Source: Laetmonice hystrix
Taxonomy: Eukaryota
DNA length: 64,000 bases
NCBI GenBank assembly: GCA_965235115.1
Contig: OZ249436.1
Span: forward strand, 50,160,001 to 50,224,000
Reading direction: 5' to 3'
Part shown: one piece after another, positions 63,161 to 64,000 of the stretch
Position numbering within the stretch: position 1 is the first letter of the stretch
Layout: every line of letters begins with the position of its first letter
Notes under the pieces: model-generated
Seen by the model: the letters and a program-made list of their open reading frames with translations, nothing else
Told to the model about the DNA's origin: nothing
Databases searched by the model: none
Position numbers and translations under genes: made by a program

Positions 63161-64000
63161 ATGAAGGCAATCCTGGACTCATACTTGGAAGGTGTTCCAC
63201 CCCTCTCTTACTTCTTCTCACACATGAGTTCGTTCATCGACTGGTGCGAGCCAAATTACAATTCCATGAACGGAGTCGTCGAACTCTTCAATGCAATCAG
63301 CAACATTCCTTTCTTTTTCATACCATTACTGATGCACATGCTGATGAGAGAGTACTGTGCTTACAAAGGCGCCAAAATTGTCATCATATGGATATTGATT
63401 ATATTCGTCGGAGTGTCATCGACAGTATTTCATGCAACTCTTAGCTTTGGAGGACAACTTCTAGACCAGTTATCGGTACTTTGGTTAATAGTAGCTGCGA
63501 TGATTGTCTGGCTGCCACAGGCGTACGTCCCTACTGTCTGCAAGCGTCACCCTCGTACAACATTATGTGCAGTGTATGGCGCCACCCTGTTCGTCTCGAC
63601 GTTTGCCTGGCTCACGCCTGTTGTATATGGCACAGTTATTTCGTGTCTGGCGGCGCCCATTACTCTCGTGTTAGTCTGTGAGATGAAAAGATGTGAGTCT
63701 ATGCGTGCCTATGGACTGGGTCTGCGTATACTTGTCACCTTCTTCAATGGATCATTGTGCTGGCTAGGAGACCGATTTCTCTGTGATGCCTGTCTCGAAG
63801 TCGGTTTCCCCTATTTACATACACTATGGCATATTTTCATTGCCTGCACTGTCTACCAAGTCTGCGTTCTCTTCGCGTATTTCGATGTTGTTTCGTTAAT
63901 GCCTGACAGGCCACCGGTTATCAAATATTGGCCGGTAGATGGCGGCATGGGTGGCCTCTTGTCTGTGCCATATGTCCGAATGCCCAAGACAATATTAAGA
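63161..64000 (+). CDS. ACER: Alkaline ceramidase (ACER1/2-like, CREST superfamily), 3' end outside the window
   Basis: Hand translation gives 280 open codons from ATG 63161, the first Met after in-frame TAG 63092. Motifs: SSFIDWCEPNY, ELFNAISN, SSTVFHATLSFGGQLLDQL, CWLGDRFLC, FPYLHTLWH, KYWP...VPYV, plus several hydrophobic segments. The ORF track missed it, presumably because the stop is beyond the window. Confidence 0.93.
   Translation, partial: MKAILDSYLEGVPPLSYFFSHMSSFIDWCEPNYNSMNGVVELFNAISNIPFFFIPLLMHMLMREYCAYKGAKIVIIWILIIFVGVSSTVFHATLSFGGQLLDQLSVLWLIVAAMIVWLPQAYVPTVCKRHPRTTLCAVYGATLFVSTFAWLTPVVYGTVISCLAAPITLVLVCEMKRCESMRAYGLGLRILVTFFNGSLCWLGDRFLCDACLEVGFPYLHTLWHIFIACTVYQVCVLFAYFDVVSLMPDRPPVIKYWPVDGGMGGLLSVPYVRMPKTILR

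Overview
This is eukaryotic (metazoan, probably invertebrate) genomic DNA, very rich in transposons and with no prokaryote-like operons. The main feature is a ~28.9-kb Helentron (Helitron2-type rolling-circle transposon) at about 25441-54321. I delimited it by a 13-bp subterminal inverted repeat pair, terminal hairpins and TT flanks. It carries an intact minus-strand ~2930-aa protein: tegument-like deubiquitinase, degenerate second copy, basic 17-aa repeats, Cys/His cluster, HUH Rep, Pif1 helicase, AP-type endonuclease. The true start is probably a small upstream exon (MPRKSRR...) at 51109-51047. Both ends carry same-orientation arrays of a ~146-bp unit rich in E-box and CRE palindromes. An internal copy of the right terminus at ~28040 makes the leftmost 2.6 kb a complete non-autonomous HINE-like unit. 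The rest of the window is a nest of MITEs (Harbinger-, Kolobok-, Tc1/mariner-, Academ- and IS3EU-like), two decayed LINEs, SINEs and minisatellites. Host genes: an apparently intronless alkaline ceramidase (63161 to window end, absent from the ORF track) and a possible two-exon orphan gene at 56155-56912. All calls were made by eye; no database searches were run.
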